Assembly (NCBI GenBank): GCA_020137815.1
Contig: CM035352.1
Location: 3,968,001 to 4,032,000, forward strand
Length of the DNA: 64,000 nucleotides
Source of the DNA: Hormiphora californensis
Taxonomy: Eukaryota > Animalia > Ctenophora
Reading direction: 5' to 3'
The notes under the pieces are model-generated. The model had not been told where the DNA came from. It worked only from the letters and a program-made list of their open reading frames with translations, and searched no databases. The translations under genes were made by a program, and so were the position numbers. Shown here one piece after another: positions 34,501 to 47,119 of this stretch. Position 1 is the stretch's first letter; each line of letters opens with the position of its first letter.

Positions 34501-36077
34501 CCCAACTGGGCCCCAACTTGAGGGGCTCCCCCTGGGTTCACCTTGGGTCCGTGGGGTGTGTACCTATGTTTTTTGGGACTCCAATAGCATGCTTGTTACG
34601 ATGTAGTGTTCAAAATAAATAAATAAAATTTGGGTTTTTAGGCCCTTGAACTTGAAAGTTAGTTTGTCAAATTATGTTGGTTGGTATGTGCCAAATTATT
34701 CATGTAACAAATAATAATTTACAATGACTTCGCTGTAGGCTAAGGGAAGATAATAGGGATTCCACGCCTGCCGAGGGAATCGAATTTATGAAAAGGGGAT
34801 TTACAAGTTTTAATGAGTGCGACTACCTCGTGGCTCTGGAACATTATTCAGCCGCGTTATCAACATTTGGTATACATCATAAAACATTTGCGATGAATTG
34901 TTATCACCAACGGTAAGCTTGCCTTTGTTTCCCCGCATCCCGGGTTATTTGAACTAAACAACTGTAAGTATATGATTTTCTTGAAAGCAATGGTATACAA
35001 CTCCACATCCCATCACATACACTCAATTTCAAACCTTAACCCTCCCAACTCTTGTTTAACTTTCAGGTCAATATGTTTTACTAAACTTGGGCAATTTTAC
35101 CGTGCACTATTTAATGCTGCTCACTGTATTCAGTGTACCATCATTACGGACGCTTCAGGCATGGATTATCATGAGGTGAATTATGAATGAATTATCATGA
35201 GGTGAATTGATCAAGGAGGTGAACAGTCAATTATCAATAATCATTACAAAAGTTGATATTAATCATAATATGTAGGAACTTAACCTTCGCTTCTTCTTGA
35301 TTTCTTCTCGATCTTAGGTAATAACTAAAGATCGAGATCGAGAAGAAATCGAGAAGAATCACCGGTTCCTAATAGTATGATATAATGTCGTATACAAATT
35401 ATACATTCTATCGCTCAGGTATGATTCGATTTGTTTCTATAAAATCAGTCAATTTCAATTTAGATCGTGTACCTGTTTGCCGCAAGACTTCAAAGAATAA
35501 GGATTCTTATTGAAATGAAAAAATGGACTTCCGCTCTGCACTGTTCGCTTTTTCTGATAACGACCGATGGTAGACCAGCCGAAACATTTCACTACTTCTA
35601 CCACTCTTTGATCAAGTATGTCATGTCACCCATTAGATATTTCATTAATTTTCATAATTGTTTTTTATTCACTTACTTTAAATTACTTTTATCAACCTAC
35701 ACGTCACTTTTTCAGGTATTCGAAACAAGAACAGGTATGTTCCTGTACCCTGTTTTCTGTATAATGTGCTTCGGACATGATGAGCCCTTACACCAATCTA
35801 GATTTATCATTCATGAAACAAAATTCAGGTAAACATAGCACGACAATTCTAGTTTTACAATAATGAAAACTTCTATTCGAGTTTCAATTAAATTAATTTT
35901 CTCAGTTTAGACCCCGAGACCCTAGTGTAATTCTCCTTATCTTATTCCTGCAGGTGCAAGAGGTGCAAATACGGTTACTGTTCTGAACAATGCTATGAAA
36001 AGGATACAACCCATAAACTGTACTGCAGAAAACTACAAAAACTGCTGATCAAGCATCACAACGGCGTTTACATTTAA
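31523..36077 (+). CDS. Multi-exon protein with helical/TPR-like repeats and a C-terminal MYND-type zinc finger
   Basis: About 16 AT-rich GT-AG exons, mostly in phase. TPR-like GFTSFNECDYLVALEHYSAAL...CYHQRSICFTKLGQFYRAL; MYND-like CIMC...CKRCKYGYCSEQCYEKDTTHKLYC. The junction at ~35615-35717 does not phase cleanly. Confidence 0.7.
34078..34646. mobile_element. Long-TIR MITE, Kolobok-like ends
   Basis: AGGGCCTAAAAACCCAAATTTTATT...AATAAAATTTGGGTTTTTAGGCCCT with ~200-bp imperfect arms; TTAA on the left and TGAA on the right. Confidence 0.7.
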
Positions 36078-37014
36078 TGTCTTATGATCCACGAATTGAA
36101 CTTTTTAAGGGTTTTTATGTGCTGATTGATTATGAAAGCCGGTTTTACTCTAGTGCTAAATGTCTCGTATACAGAAATGGGGAGATGAAATGATTACTAA
36201 TCATGAAGTTTGACCTAAAATAAGGAACTTTAATCATATCTATACACCATCAAAATCCGTGTGGCGTTGATTTGATTGATTTGATTTTCAAACTAAAAGG
36301 TCTACAATACAGGGACACAAACACGCGTAGATATAGACACACATAATATAGATATAAAGATAAATTTCCCTGTACAATAGAGCCAGATAGCGGAGGGCTG
36401 TAGACAGCGCTTACACCTATCAAGTTATCTATTGTCTGTCTGGTAAATGGTAATGCAGTAGCTCCATCAAAATTTGTTTACTAAAAATATAAACAGATCA
36501 AACAGGGTTCTTTGACCACGCCAAGACAAATAATATTTATCAGCAAATGGTTGGAGCCCATGCTCCTTGTCTGAACTCTGAATAGGTGACCCGTCGGATA
36601 CCACTAGTCGTTCCAATCCGAGCCAAAAATAATTTTGACCTACGCTTCACTCTTCACTCCCCTGCACCACTGGGGGACTCAGCAGCGCATAACAAACGAC
36701 AATTGTCGATTGTTTCTGTTTCGGGAAGTTGGCTTATGCTACAGACCCATGCAGTGCGGGATAACAGTGGTGCTACGTCATATTGGCCACCCGCACAGGC
36801 CACAGCGTGGTCCAAACTCCACCGTCTACCACATCAAAAACGCAATCTGCAGCTTTTTCGCACGTTATGGGACGTCATGGACCATGCTATTCACCACACT
36901 GTGGGCGACGCTGTAGTCTGTACAGAACGCACCTGTAAACAAAAGCGACAGAAACACAATAAATTATAATAAATTACCCACACACCGTCATACTCTCATA
37001 CTCCCTCTCTCCGC

Positions 37015-37515
37015 TCACTTGTCTCGAAAGTCTACATCTTCCACACTGACTGGGACAACCCTTCTCTTGGTTCCCCGAAGCGCAACAAGAGTTGATCTTA
37101 ACAAACTGAATCGTGTCTTTTCTCGGATGAAGGACATGGTTTCAGCGTAACTCTCCTTGTGCCTGTCACAGATATTCCTGGCCGCTCGCTCCAAAACCTT
37201 CCCTACTTCTCCGGCAAAACCTCCCGACGTGGAGAATACGAGGGGCGTGAAGGAACCCTGCTCCACTTCTTGCATCCTTCGCATATAGGCAAGTTTCTTC
37301 TGATTTTGGTGCTGTTTATACAGGTTCGTGATGGGCATCTTCAGGTAGGATGGGGCATTAGGATGGAAAACCCGTACATCCATGAAACTGGTCTGCATGT
37401 CAGACCATAAGCCACGACAGACTATGTCCATTCGTGCTTCAGCTTTGATATTTGCACTGATTGGCAGGTTGAATCCGTCACAGGGCAACATTGGCTGTTC
37501 AGTGTTAACGGGTTT
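37015..37515 (-). mobile_element. 5'-truncated non-LTR retrotransposon (CRE-like), restriction-like endonuclease domain
   Basis: ARMDIVCRGLW...FMDVRVFHPNAPSY...KKLAY...FTPLVFSTSGG...LRG matches the REL C-terminus of CRE-clade elements. Confidence 0.8.
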
Positions 37516-39017
37516 TAGTCTGTACAGATGGCCTCTGGCCAGTTACCAGTATGACGTAGCACGGAGCACCACTTTAAGGCAGCGCGTGGAAAAGTGAAAA
37601 CGCGCGCACTTGGGGCCTGCAGCGCATGCCAACGCAAAAAGTGAACACAGCTGTGCACAGAAGAAGAGTCTGGAGCGAGCGAATGTAACGCGCGGCGCCA
37701 CCTTGTTCGTTGAACGCGCATATCAATTTGCAGCGCTCTTTTTCATTCCTCCCCTGTTCCTTCCTTTTGACAATTCCCTTAGAGGGTAAATTGATATTTG
37801 TATAAAAATTCGATGATGTAAATTCATTTCGATGATGTAAATTCATTTCCAGTTTTGAGATGACAAGCCCTTTGATGATGTAAATGAAGCGATTATTAAT
37901 ATTTTATATTCAGAACTAATTAATTTCTGCGCTGGCAAACACCATCATTTTCCCACGGTCTGACGAATAGTGCTATTATGCGCGCACCCGCGCCATACCG
38001 TACTTGCTTATCACACAAGAATCACCTGAAAACTAGTGATAGCTGTCGACCAAGAATAAGAGTTGCCTTGCAGTGAGTTACAACACTCGTTTATCGGAGA
38101 TAAACATAGCGGAATATATGGTAACACGGTAAGGAGTGGAGTCTGTCGGATGAGCCGAAACTAAAGACTTGGGTTAAATCAGGAAACAAGGGGAATATGA
38201 TAAGGGGCGGTACAAAATAATAGTCCGGTCTTTGTAAAAGAAAATAGCAAGCGGAGTAAAGTTGAATGTAAATTGTGGTCAATGCTTGCAATTATTAAAT
38301 ATTAAACAAACTTGTAACTAACTTCCATAAATTCCCTTTACCCTCTTTTGAGCTATTTTTCCACGTCTCATACATTTTATAAACCTACCAACTCTCAATT
38401 GAATCACAAAATACCGCTAGTAATCAGAAGATACTGCTAACAAAACTGATAAATACAAACACACCTCGACTTCAAATGATCTACTTTTCAAATACCCATT
38501 TTTACAATAATAAGGTAGTTGTCAATGGCGCATGTTTCACTTCTGTTGGGAATCTAGTAAATACAAACAGTCAGTACAAAATACATGCTCTGTATACAAG
38601 TATTAATATGGTGATTTTCTATACAATTCAGGCACTCACACTCTATCACAGCCTTCATTGCACATCATGAGGCGTCCCCCAAGAGATGAATTAAAACAGA
38701 TACACCGACGTAATACTACTGTCAAATAGGTGTGACAATGCAATTCTGAAACACTTTTCTCATGTCTGACAGTATACATGACGGCTAATACGGTGTTATA
38801 ATCCACTGATGGGACATCTCTGGGGGAAGTGTCATGATTTGCAATGGGGACTGTCACGCAACAGCCAGTCCTCTTATTATGTAAAGGAATAGCTAGCGAA
38901 TAATAAAAAACCCAGCTACTAAATTATATATACGCTGCACACTGCACACTAAAGTGCTTTATAGTCCAATTAATACATCTCTCGCCATTATTTCTAACTC
39001 TCTCTGTTTCTCTCTGG

Positions 39018-41194
39018 CTAAGAATGATGATTGTCGGTGTACCTTTCAGTTGACATCTGTCTGCTGGGTGACGCATCCTCTTCAACCGCGTCTAATTGGT
39101 AGGACGCCAGGATTAGGAATTCTGACTGATTACACTCGTAACTATATCCACTTCCAATATTTATCACCTGACGGAAAGGAACATGTGAGGAATGGGGATG
39201 CAGATGACAGATAGAAAGGAACATGTGAGGATGACTGGTGGAAATGGGGTGAACTTGTAGGGAATAACTTGTTAAACCCTTCTAGATTGAAATGTAAGAG
39301 GGTGTGTAGTGTGTTGAGACCCATCATGTGATTTGGTGATTACCACTCTGTAGCCACCAACGGACTACGAAAGAAAGAGGGAGCGAGAGCGCTAGAGATG
39401 GAGAGAGAGAGAGTGAGTGAGAGAGAAAGAAACGGGGGCAGAGAGAAAGAGCAATCATGGTGAACCTGGTGGTATGTGTGTAAGGGAGGGAGCAGAATTT
39501 ATGTAAATTGCTTGGACAGCTCTCTCATTATAAAGGTTTGTACATTTACAAAGTACTACAATGGGGGGGGGGGGCAGCCACAAGAAAATAACCCTCATTT
39601 TAGGAGGATGAGATTGTTGTGCCCCCCCCCCTGCAATGTATAACCACCGATCGATGTATATCTGCTCCAAGATGAACAATTGATTGGAAAAGAGAACCAC
39701 ACCGATGGGATTTCTATGGAATACTTCTCGGTGGAGCGAATTAATGAAAACATATAACACTGGTACTGGGGGGGGCAACTACTAGCTACAAAAAATATCA
39801 CTGATATGATTGACTGAATCTGGCACTAATCCAACATATATCAGAACTGTGATAAACTTGGCACAGATATATCTGAACCTACCCTGAACACGTTGAGTCA
39901 GAACACACATTGGATTCTACCGAACCAAACCATCACACACTGTGAGGGGTATTACCTGTTCACATTTCCACCCATCTGACAAGGTAGATAACATCTGAGT
40001 CAGTTCTTCTTCGTGTGATTGTAACACTCGGTAAACGTGTTGTGGTCGGCCAACTTTTCTCTTAGCATCCTTTTCTCGGACTTTCTCCCTCTCACGAAGC
40101 TCTCGGACGAGGGATGATACCTTGTGGGGAGGAAATATATAGTTAGTTGGTTGGTTGGAGAGATGTTTAGGGAACGGGTTTATAAACAACATGGTTTTCT
40201 AGAATTTACTATAACCATTGCATGACGTATCATTGCCACATCACCAGGAACCAACCTACACAAGTAAACAACCAATCAGAACTCGTTATTTAGGTCACGT
40301 GACTGGTTATCAACCAATCAGGGACCAGTATTTCCTGATTCGGTCGGTTCCTGCACATCACACATACCTGATAAAACTCTGCCTCCGCTAATACACCTTC
40401 CTCGCTGAGCCCCCTATCAATGATCACCTTCCCGTGTCGCAGGTAGTTCAGAATTGGGCCAAAATATACAGGATCCCGGTCTATCAGAAAGGCTCCGGTA
40501 GAATCCTTCATGGAATTAATTAATTGATCATCGAGGCAAATTCTACAGAGGAAAGATTCTGGGTCCTTGCTAAGGGTCTGTTTTGTAGTTGAGAATACCG
40601 TTCCTGGAAAATAGAAAGACTGATAAGAATTTGCAAATGCTATAGATCAGGAACCGAACAAAACAAGTAAACAACCAATCAGAACTCGTTATTTAGGTCA
40701 TGTGACTGGTTATCAGCCAATCAAGGACCAGTATTTCCTGATTCGGTCGGTTCCTGAATGATAGTAAAGATAAGTTGGGCGTTGGCAGTTGACATTCCCT
40801 TTTTCTGTGGTATGGGACGAAGAACAAAAAAAAGCAATTAAAATGGCATCGAAGTAGCGATTGGGATCTTCAATTGTATCTCTCTCACACACACTTTCGT
40901 TTTGCTATTTCTCTCACATCTCAAAGCAGTTTCAAGATATCTCACACTCAGGTCGCTTAGCGACCTTCGTGGGGTGCACGTGCCAGCAAAGGGAGTGGTA
41001 TCTTCGTTACCATCATGAAGACACAGTTCAGGGGATATTTGAACGAATTATCCGAGTATCCAACCTCAATATATTAATGGAAACTAATTAACTAATTAAT
41101 AAAACGTACCTCCAACATTGAGCCGGATCCACTCTGCAGGTCGAGATACGACAACGGGTTTACTGTGTCCGTTTACGGTCACATCACTGGTCAT
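39018..41194 (-). CDS. KCTD5: BTB/POZ protein, KCTD5/2/17 family. Exons 41194-41110, 40603-40368, 40120-39956, 39167-; 3' end uncertain
   Basis: WIRLNVGG; [21 protein letters not shown]; [11 protein letters not shown]; [38 protein letters not shown]. Confidence 0.88.
40245..40353 (+). mobile_element. hAT-type MITE, copy 3
   Basis: Same family; 8-bp TSD CACATCAC. Confidence 0.85.
40648..40756 (+). mobile_element. hAT-type MITE, copy 4
   Basis: Same family sequence; no clean TSD. Confidence 0.8.
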
Positions 41195-41471
41195 ACTACT
41201 AATAAAGAGAGATAGCGCACCGAACATGAGGATAGGAGAAATGTGGGGGAGGGAGAGAGGGGAAGGAGAGACAGGGTGAGATGAGAGCGAAGAGAGGGAT
41301 ATATGGGATGAGATGAAGGAAAGGATGAAGGAACGGATGAGAGAGGAGAGAGAGGAGAAGAGAGAGAGAGAGAGGAGAGAGAGAGATCGAGAGAATAGCG
41401 CTCTCTCGATCTCGCCGAGCTCTCGCCTCGCTCTCTCTCTCGAGCGTCTCGCGCGCTCTCTCTCCTCTCTG

Positions 41472-41511
<40 letters not shown>

Positions 41512-42093
41512 CCCTCTCCCTCTCTCCTCTCGCTCTCTCTCGCTCGCTCGACTCTCTCTCTCTCGCTCTCTCTCGCTCCTCTCTCTCTCGTCTCTCTCCT
41601 CTCTCTCTCTCTCTCTCCTCTCTCCCTCTCAGCTCTCTGCTCTCGCTCTCTCTCGCTCTCTCTCTCTCTCGATCTGAGAGATAGAGATGAGAGGCTAGAT
41701 ATCAATGCTTTCCCTCAGTTAGTCAATCATCGGATACTCTATACCAATGTGTCACCACCTCAGCCCTATCATCTACTATAACGCTAGTAAAGACCTCCAG
41801 TTTCTCGGTTTTCAAAGAGCGAGAGAGAGAAAAGCGCCTAGCGAGAGATCGCATCGAGAAGAGAGATAAGGAGACTCTCGAGAGATAGAGATCAAAATTG
41901 ATATAGGGTGAGAGAGGGTGCATAGTTGAGATGCATTATGCAATAGGGATGCAATAGGTTGATTCAAATAAAAGGGACTAGGGAGGTTGGGAGAAAATAA
42001 GACAGTACAGTGCAGATCATCGAAAAGACAGGAACGAAATACAAATCAATAGAAATACCCCCATTCACACATACACACACACACACACACAAA

Positions 42094-45000
42094 CTATAAA
42101 AGAGAGATAATTGCGTCCCTCACACTTTTAGCAGTCCGAACATTTCCCTCCCTGTCCTCATCCATCCAGCTCAGAATATTTCCCAGGGTCTTAATCACAG
42201 TCCCAATTTCCAACATAGCCACTGAGGGGTCTCTCTTGGATTTTAGCCAACTACTAACGGACGGCGATAGAACAGGAAGGAACAACTTCTGACTCTCCTC
42301 ATCCATAAACACAGCCATTTCCAGTTGGGCGAGGAGCACGTTCAGGAGTTGTAAACCCAGGGGTTGCCGGTTTTGTGACGTCAGAACAACCTCATCAGCC
42401 TCACGGAACCTTCCCAGACTGTACAGGAGGACGGACATGTAACTCTGGACGGGCACGCTGATCTCCCACAACTCGGAGAGGTTGACGATTAGAGAGAACC
42501 ATGAGGTCTCGTAGGGTTGGAAGGTGGTAGTTATGGAGCTCTTGGTGGAGGATCGCAGCATCACTTCCCGGGCTGACTCGAGGTCGGGTGAAGTGGATAA
42601 CTTGATCAGATTTGGTGAGATGAAAGGAGTGAAAAGGAAGGAACAGTGTCGCGAGTGGAACAGATCCGTAGGTCGGGTGTTTTTCGCACCGAGAGAGATA
42701 ATCAACTCAAGAGATGAAAGGAGCTGAGCATGAAGAAAGACACACTCAACGTTGAGAACTTGTGTTCTAGAATCGACCACTTTATGAAGGAGCCACTGCC
42801 TCTCCTCAGACGTCCACACGTTCTCCTGTTTGATGGCAGTGCGATCCTGGTGGGTGGGTGTTGATAGGTTGATATTGGTGAGAATGTGCCGAGCGATAGA
42901 CACAAACAAGGCCATGGCCTCAAGATCCAACCCCACCTCCTTCTGGCAAATCCGATCTTTTGGCTGACGTCCAACTTTCTCAACCAGCGAATAAATCCTG
43001 TTTAGTTTGAGCCGAAACACCGTCTCCCAGATGACATTTAGAAGGCTCTGCTGGACTGATAAAGATTTGACAGCTAGGAGAACCTTGGATAGGGATACAA
43101 GAGATGACATGTCTGGGGAGGGAGCCGTAGCATCGAGATCTGAACTCCATTTAAATATCAAACACTCAACTAGGCAGACAGAGATGGTGGTGATATCTAG
43201 CTGGTAGGGCCACCAGGGTAGCACATTCAGCAGCCAGCTCAGAGCATCATCATGTACCTCCTGATCTCCACCATCCTCCCCTACACCCTCCTCTCCCTGG
43301 TCATCACTAGAGTGGTTCCGGCACCTCTCACCCCAGTCAATAAAGTTCTGGATCTGGTCGTGTGAGATGAGGTAGTTAGCAATGACATGGGTGACAGAGC
43401 TGGTTGAGGAGTGGAGGATTGTTGCTATGGTAACGGGTGTCCCAGTATTGATGTGCAGGTGAAGAAGGTCACACAGTTGCTGTCTGGTGGTATACCATTG
43501 TTCGTGTTCCGGTGATAATGCCACCCACTCCGTATTATCCTCATCATCCTCACTGACCGCTGCTTCAATCGTGGTGGTTTCAAACTCGAGGGCATCCACT
43601 GCCACTGACTGGAAGTAGATAGTGAGAACGAGGCCCTGGCAGGTGTTTGGGTGAGATCTGATAAAGGAGAAGAAGGTATCCCAGGATGCACCCGCTGGGA
43701 GGAGCACTTTGGTCACGATATCACATATCTTTTGCTGGTACTCCAGAGAGCTCAGCTGTATGTCAAGTTGTAGGCATGCCTCGACAAAAGCAGAGAAAAT
43801 ATCAGCGATGGACAGGCCTAATGACTGTAATTCCCCCACTAGGAGTGCGGGCGGAGAATCCGTAAAGAGGAAGATGAGACTGAGAAATTTAACAAGCAAT
43901 GACCGAGATGAAGAGGGTGGATCAAACACAACAGGTCGTTCCTCATCCACACTTAAACACGCTCCTCGGCCGGTGGTAAACGACGCATGGAAGGTATTAG
44001 GGATCAGGAATATCGAAGGAAACATCAATTTGATTCTTACAGAAGTACCTCTCTAACACGGGTTGTACCTCCGCAAGTAGGGGTGACCTGATGGAGGAGC
44101 TGAGGAAGGTACACCCTTTCCACAGACCACACAGCTTCCTGTACAACTCACTGATCCTAACAAACTGCCTACACTCGTGGTATAGTTCCACAAACTCGGG
44201 CTGGGTGAACAGGTCCTTGGAGCCCTTGATCTCCCCCATTAGGGAGTTGCAGACCCTGATTTTGAACTCCAGTGCATGTCTGCTACGCAGCACCAAATCA
44301 AGGACTGAAGAGATGTTTGACGCTAGTTGGAGCTGCTTGTAAAGCTCCTCAAACCTCACAAAATCTGGATCACCGGGAGATATGATTTGATCACGTAGCT
44401 CCGCTAATACTTTCTCATCCTCAACCTTCAGCAGGTGTTTCTCTCCGTAACAACTCTCAAATGGGACCGCCAGGTTGAGTATCTCCCCACTTTCTCTTAG
44501 GAGGAAGCAACAGGACTTGGCAGGGCGCCAGGATGGCACGGTTAGGGGTTTGGAGAGGGATCCCTCGCCCAGAGCACCGTACATACTAGACAACAGGACA
44601 CACTTCTTACCAACACTAAATGCAGCAACTCGGTAATGCTGATAGGGACACCATACCTCCAGGATGCCCCTTCGTTTAGCATAGATAACAAGGAAAAGAG
44701 TTAACCGGTTACCCTCTCCGGGTAGCAGGATCCACCCGCATTGTGCATCCCTGTACCCCTTCCAAATGTTAACCAAGATCATACTACTGACATCCAGCAG
44801 GAGGAGCCGTCCAAAGGTGTCAGACAGAATAGCTAGTTCCCCCCGGGGTGAGGCTCGTATTGCCACAACTTCCCTTCTAGGATCCTCAATACAGATGTTC
44901 TTGGTGATGGATGCGGGGGGCTCAAAATTGATCTTCTCCTCCCGTCCCCCTCCCGTCCAGCCAGTTAGCCAGCTCGATCCGGGGATATAGGATATCAGTT

Positions 45001-45850
45001 TAGAAGCCACACTCATCACCACCTCGGACATTATTGGCTGTGCAGCCTGTTCAGAGGGTGTGTACAGGGAAACACAGGGGTCCCTTCCCACTGACACGTA
45101 ACTAAACACTGGACCAAGTCCAGCGTGCCCAATGTACTGTGCAGACCCACCTGCTAGTGAGGCCTGGAAGAGATGCTCAAAGGGGGTGGTGTTCTTCACC
45201 CCATAAAACTCCACGTCACATGTGGCGCCTTGATCCTGAAGATGCCACTTTTTGAACGATATGTTGTGACTTTTAGCGGTGTTACCAGCCGTTGCGGTCC
45301 GCTGTTGCTGGAGTCTGCAGAACCGGAGACACTGGTACAAACTGAACCCATCAACAGCTATAACTATATCGTGATACATCACAATCAGCTCATCTTGTAG
45401 CACCTTTGGGTGGCAGTATTTCAGAGATCTAACCGGGTGAGGGTGGAAGATCTGCTCAAATAGCTGGGTACCTGAATCAGTATATATCCGAAGATACCCC
45501 GAAGCAAACCCAACAATAACGCAGTTCCAAGTGCTGGTTAGAATAACGGTGTTGGTGCCCACTGTTTTTTGTTGTAATGCCACAGAGAGACTGATTAGAC
45601 ACGTCGCCTCGTCTCCCTCACTCAACATACCCTTGTGCACAATATTGAATTGACCACCCTGCTCGTCCAGTTTTAGGATGACCAGTTTGTTGCGGTAGAG
45701 TGCAGATAGGAGGTCTCCAGCGGTACTGAGGGAGAGCTGCACGGCGTCCGTCCAACACCCACCAGGGGCATCATCCTCAGGAAAGAAGAAGTCTTTGAGC
45801 TGGTGTACACTGTCGCCCAGTGAAGCAATTGAGTGTAACTTGGTTGCCAT
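42094..45850 (-). CDS. RAB3GAP2: Rab3 GTPase-activating protein non-catalytic subunit, apparently intronless, with a +1 frameshift at ~44000
   Basis: VIVGFASGYLRIY; DTFGRLLLLD; WKGYRDAQCGW; FLVIYAKRRGILEVW; and LVEKVGRQPKDRIC in the second ORF. Confidence 0.9.
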
Positions 45851-46080
45851 TACTCATTCTAAAACATGGGAAAGGAGGAGGTTAGTTGAACTGCACTTGG
45901 AGAACAGAACAAAGATCTCTTATCATTCTGTCCAGTATCACCAGTTTTGTGACAACATGTTTAAAAACAAATTATGGGATACAAAAATATAAAAGTCAAT
46001 CTAAGTTATTCACAATTCAACAAAACACAGGCACTTAAAAGTTAAAACAACAAACTGAATAAACATCCCAGATAAAAACT

Positions 46081-46977
46081 CTATTTAACAATCATATGCA
46101 CATAATAACTGGGCTCACTATCCACTTTGGCAGCAAAATCAGGCAATACTGTGTGGTTTGTGGTTGATCCAAAGACCCCTTCCAAAAGAGCACTAAATCC
46201 AGCCAGCGTGTGGGGATAGTAGGAGAGCGAGAACTTCCCTGACCCAATACCAAGACCAGACACGTCTAACGTGTAATCAAGCACGAGCCGGTTACTCCCA
46301 TATTCGTCTGTCGTGAGACTTGTTTTAATTGACTGTATTCTATCTCCCTGATAGTATAACTTGCTTTTAGAGTTAGGTAGGACGCCATGCAGCAAGATGT
46401 AATCGAAGTTGCGGTGATCTATCAATAATAATCCGCCTGGTTTTAAGTAATTATAAAAATTCCTAATCGCCTGGGTGTGGTGGTGGGGAAGATGGGAAAA
46501 TGAGTTGCCAAGACATATTATGGCGTCATACCCTTCCTTGGGGTGGCTCACTGAGTCCTCTATCCCATCCATATCCAACCAGTCACCCTGACCGATCTCA
46601 AGATTATCAAAGTTAGGCTCCTCTCGCCGCTCCCACCGAATTTTGTGCACATGTTTGAGCATTTTGTCACTGAGATCCACACATTTAACTATGTAATCGT
46701 ACTCTACCAACATGATACTGTCCACGCCCGTTCCACATGCAACATCCAGAACAGTGGAAACATTGTGCTCCTCTAATAAATCAAGGAGAGTGTTCCTGTA
46801 CCCGGAAGTCCGTTTTGCACCGCCAATATATAAATTCCAAACTTTAGCCGCTACTCCATCTTCATACTGATCCGCTCTTTCTGTTTTAGAAACTTCAGAG
46901 GGAGTAAGCTGGCCCAACTTGTAGGAAATGAGGGCGACAATAACCGTCAGACAACATAGGATTGCGTTCGAGTTCAT
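46081..46977 (-). CDS. GNMT: Glycine N-methyltransferase family protein with an N-terminal hydrophobic segment, 298 aa, intronless
   Basis: DQYEDGVAAKVWNLYIG; VLDVACGTGVDSIMLVE; DKMLK; CLGNSFSHL; IDHRNFD; LSYYPH. The first ATG (46977) follows a ctctcag acceptor by 5 nt. Confidence 0.9.
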   Translation of the reverse strand: MNSNAILCCLTVIVALISYKLGQLTPSEVSKTERADQYEDGVAAKVWNLYIGGAKRTSGYRNTLLDLLEEHNVSTVLDVACGTGVDSIMLVEYDYIVKCVDLSDKMLKHVHKIRWERREEPNFDNLEIGQGDWLDMDGIEDSVSHPKEGYDAIICLGNSFSHLPHHHTQAIRNFYNYLKPGGLLLIDHRNFDYILLHGVLPNSKSKLYYQGDRIQSIKTSLTTDEYGSNRLVLDYTLDVSGLGIGSGKFSLSYYPHTLAGFSALLEGVFGSTTNHTVLPDFAAKVDSEPSYYVHMIVK

Positions 46978-47119
46978 TACACCTGAGAGGTTTTTAGAAT
47001 TGATTAAGCTGGGCGGTTCCACACCGGGCAACCGACAGGGGGTAGCCTGGTCCGCCAGTCCCGTAAGCTACAGTCCCCTACAAAGTAGTGTAAGATAAGG
47101 CAACGCTATTCAAAAGACG

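Noticed and set aside
36586-36969. 127-aa and 93-aa ORFs beside the CRE fragment
   Set aside because: Non-ATG starts, no motifs and no consistent exon structure found.
41300-41900. Mixed GA/TC/CG tract as a structured or coding element
   Set aside because: Irregular low-complexity sequence, compatible with a decayed microsatellite or poor consensus quality.
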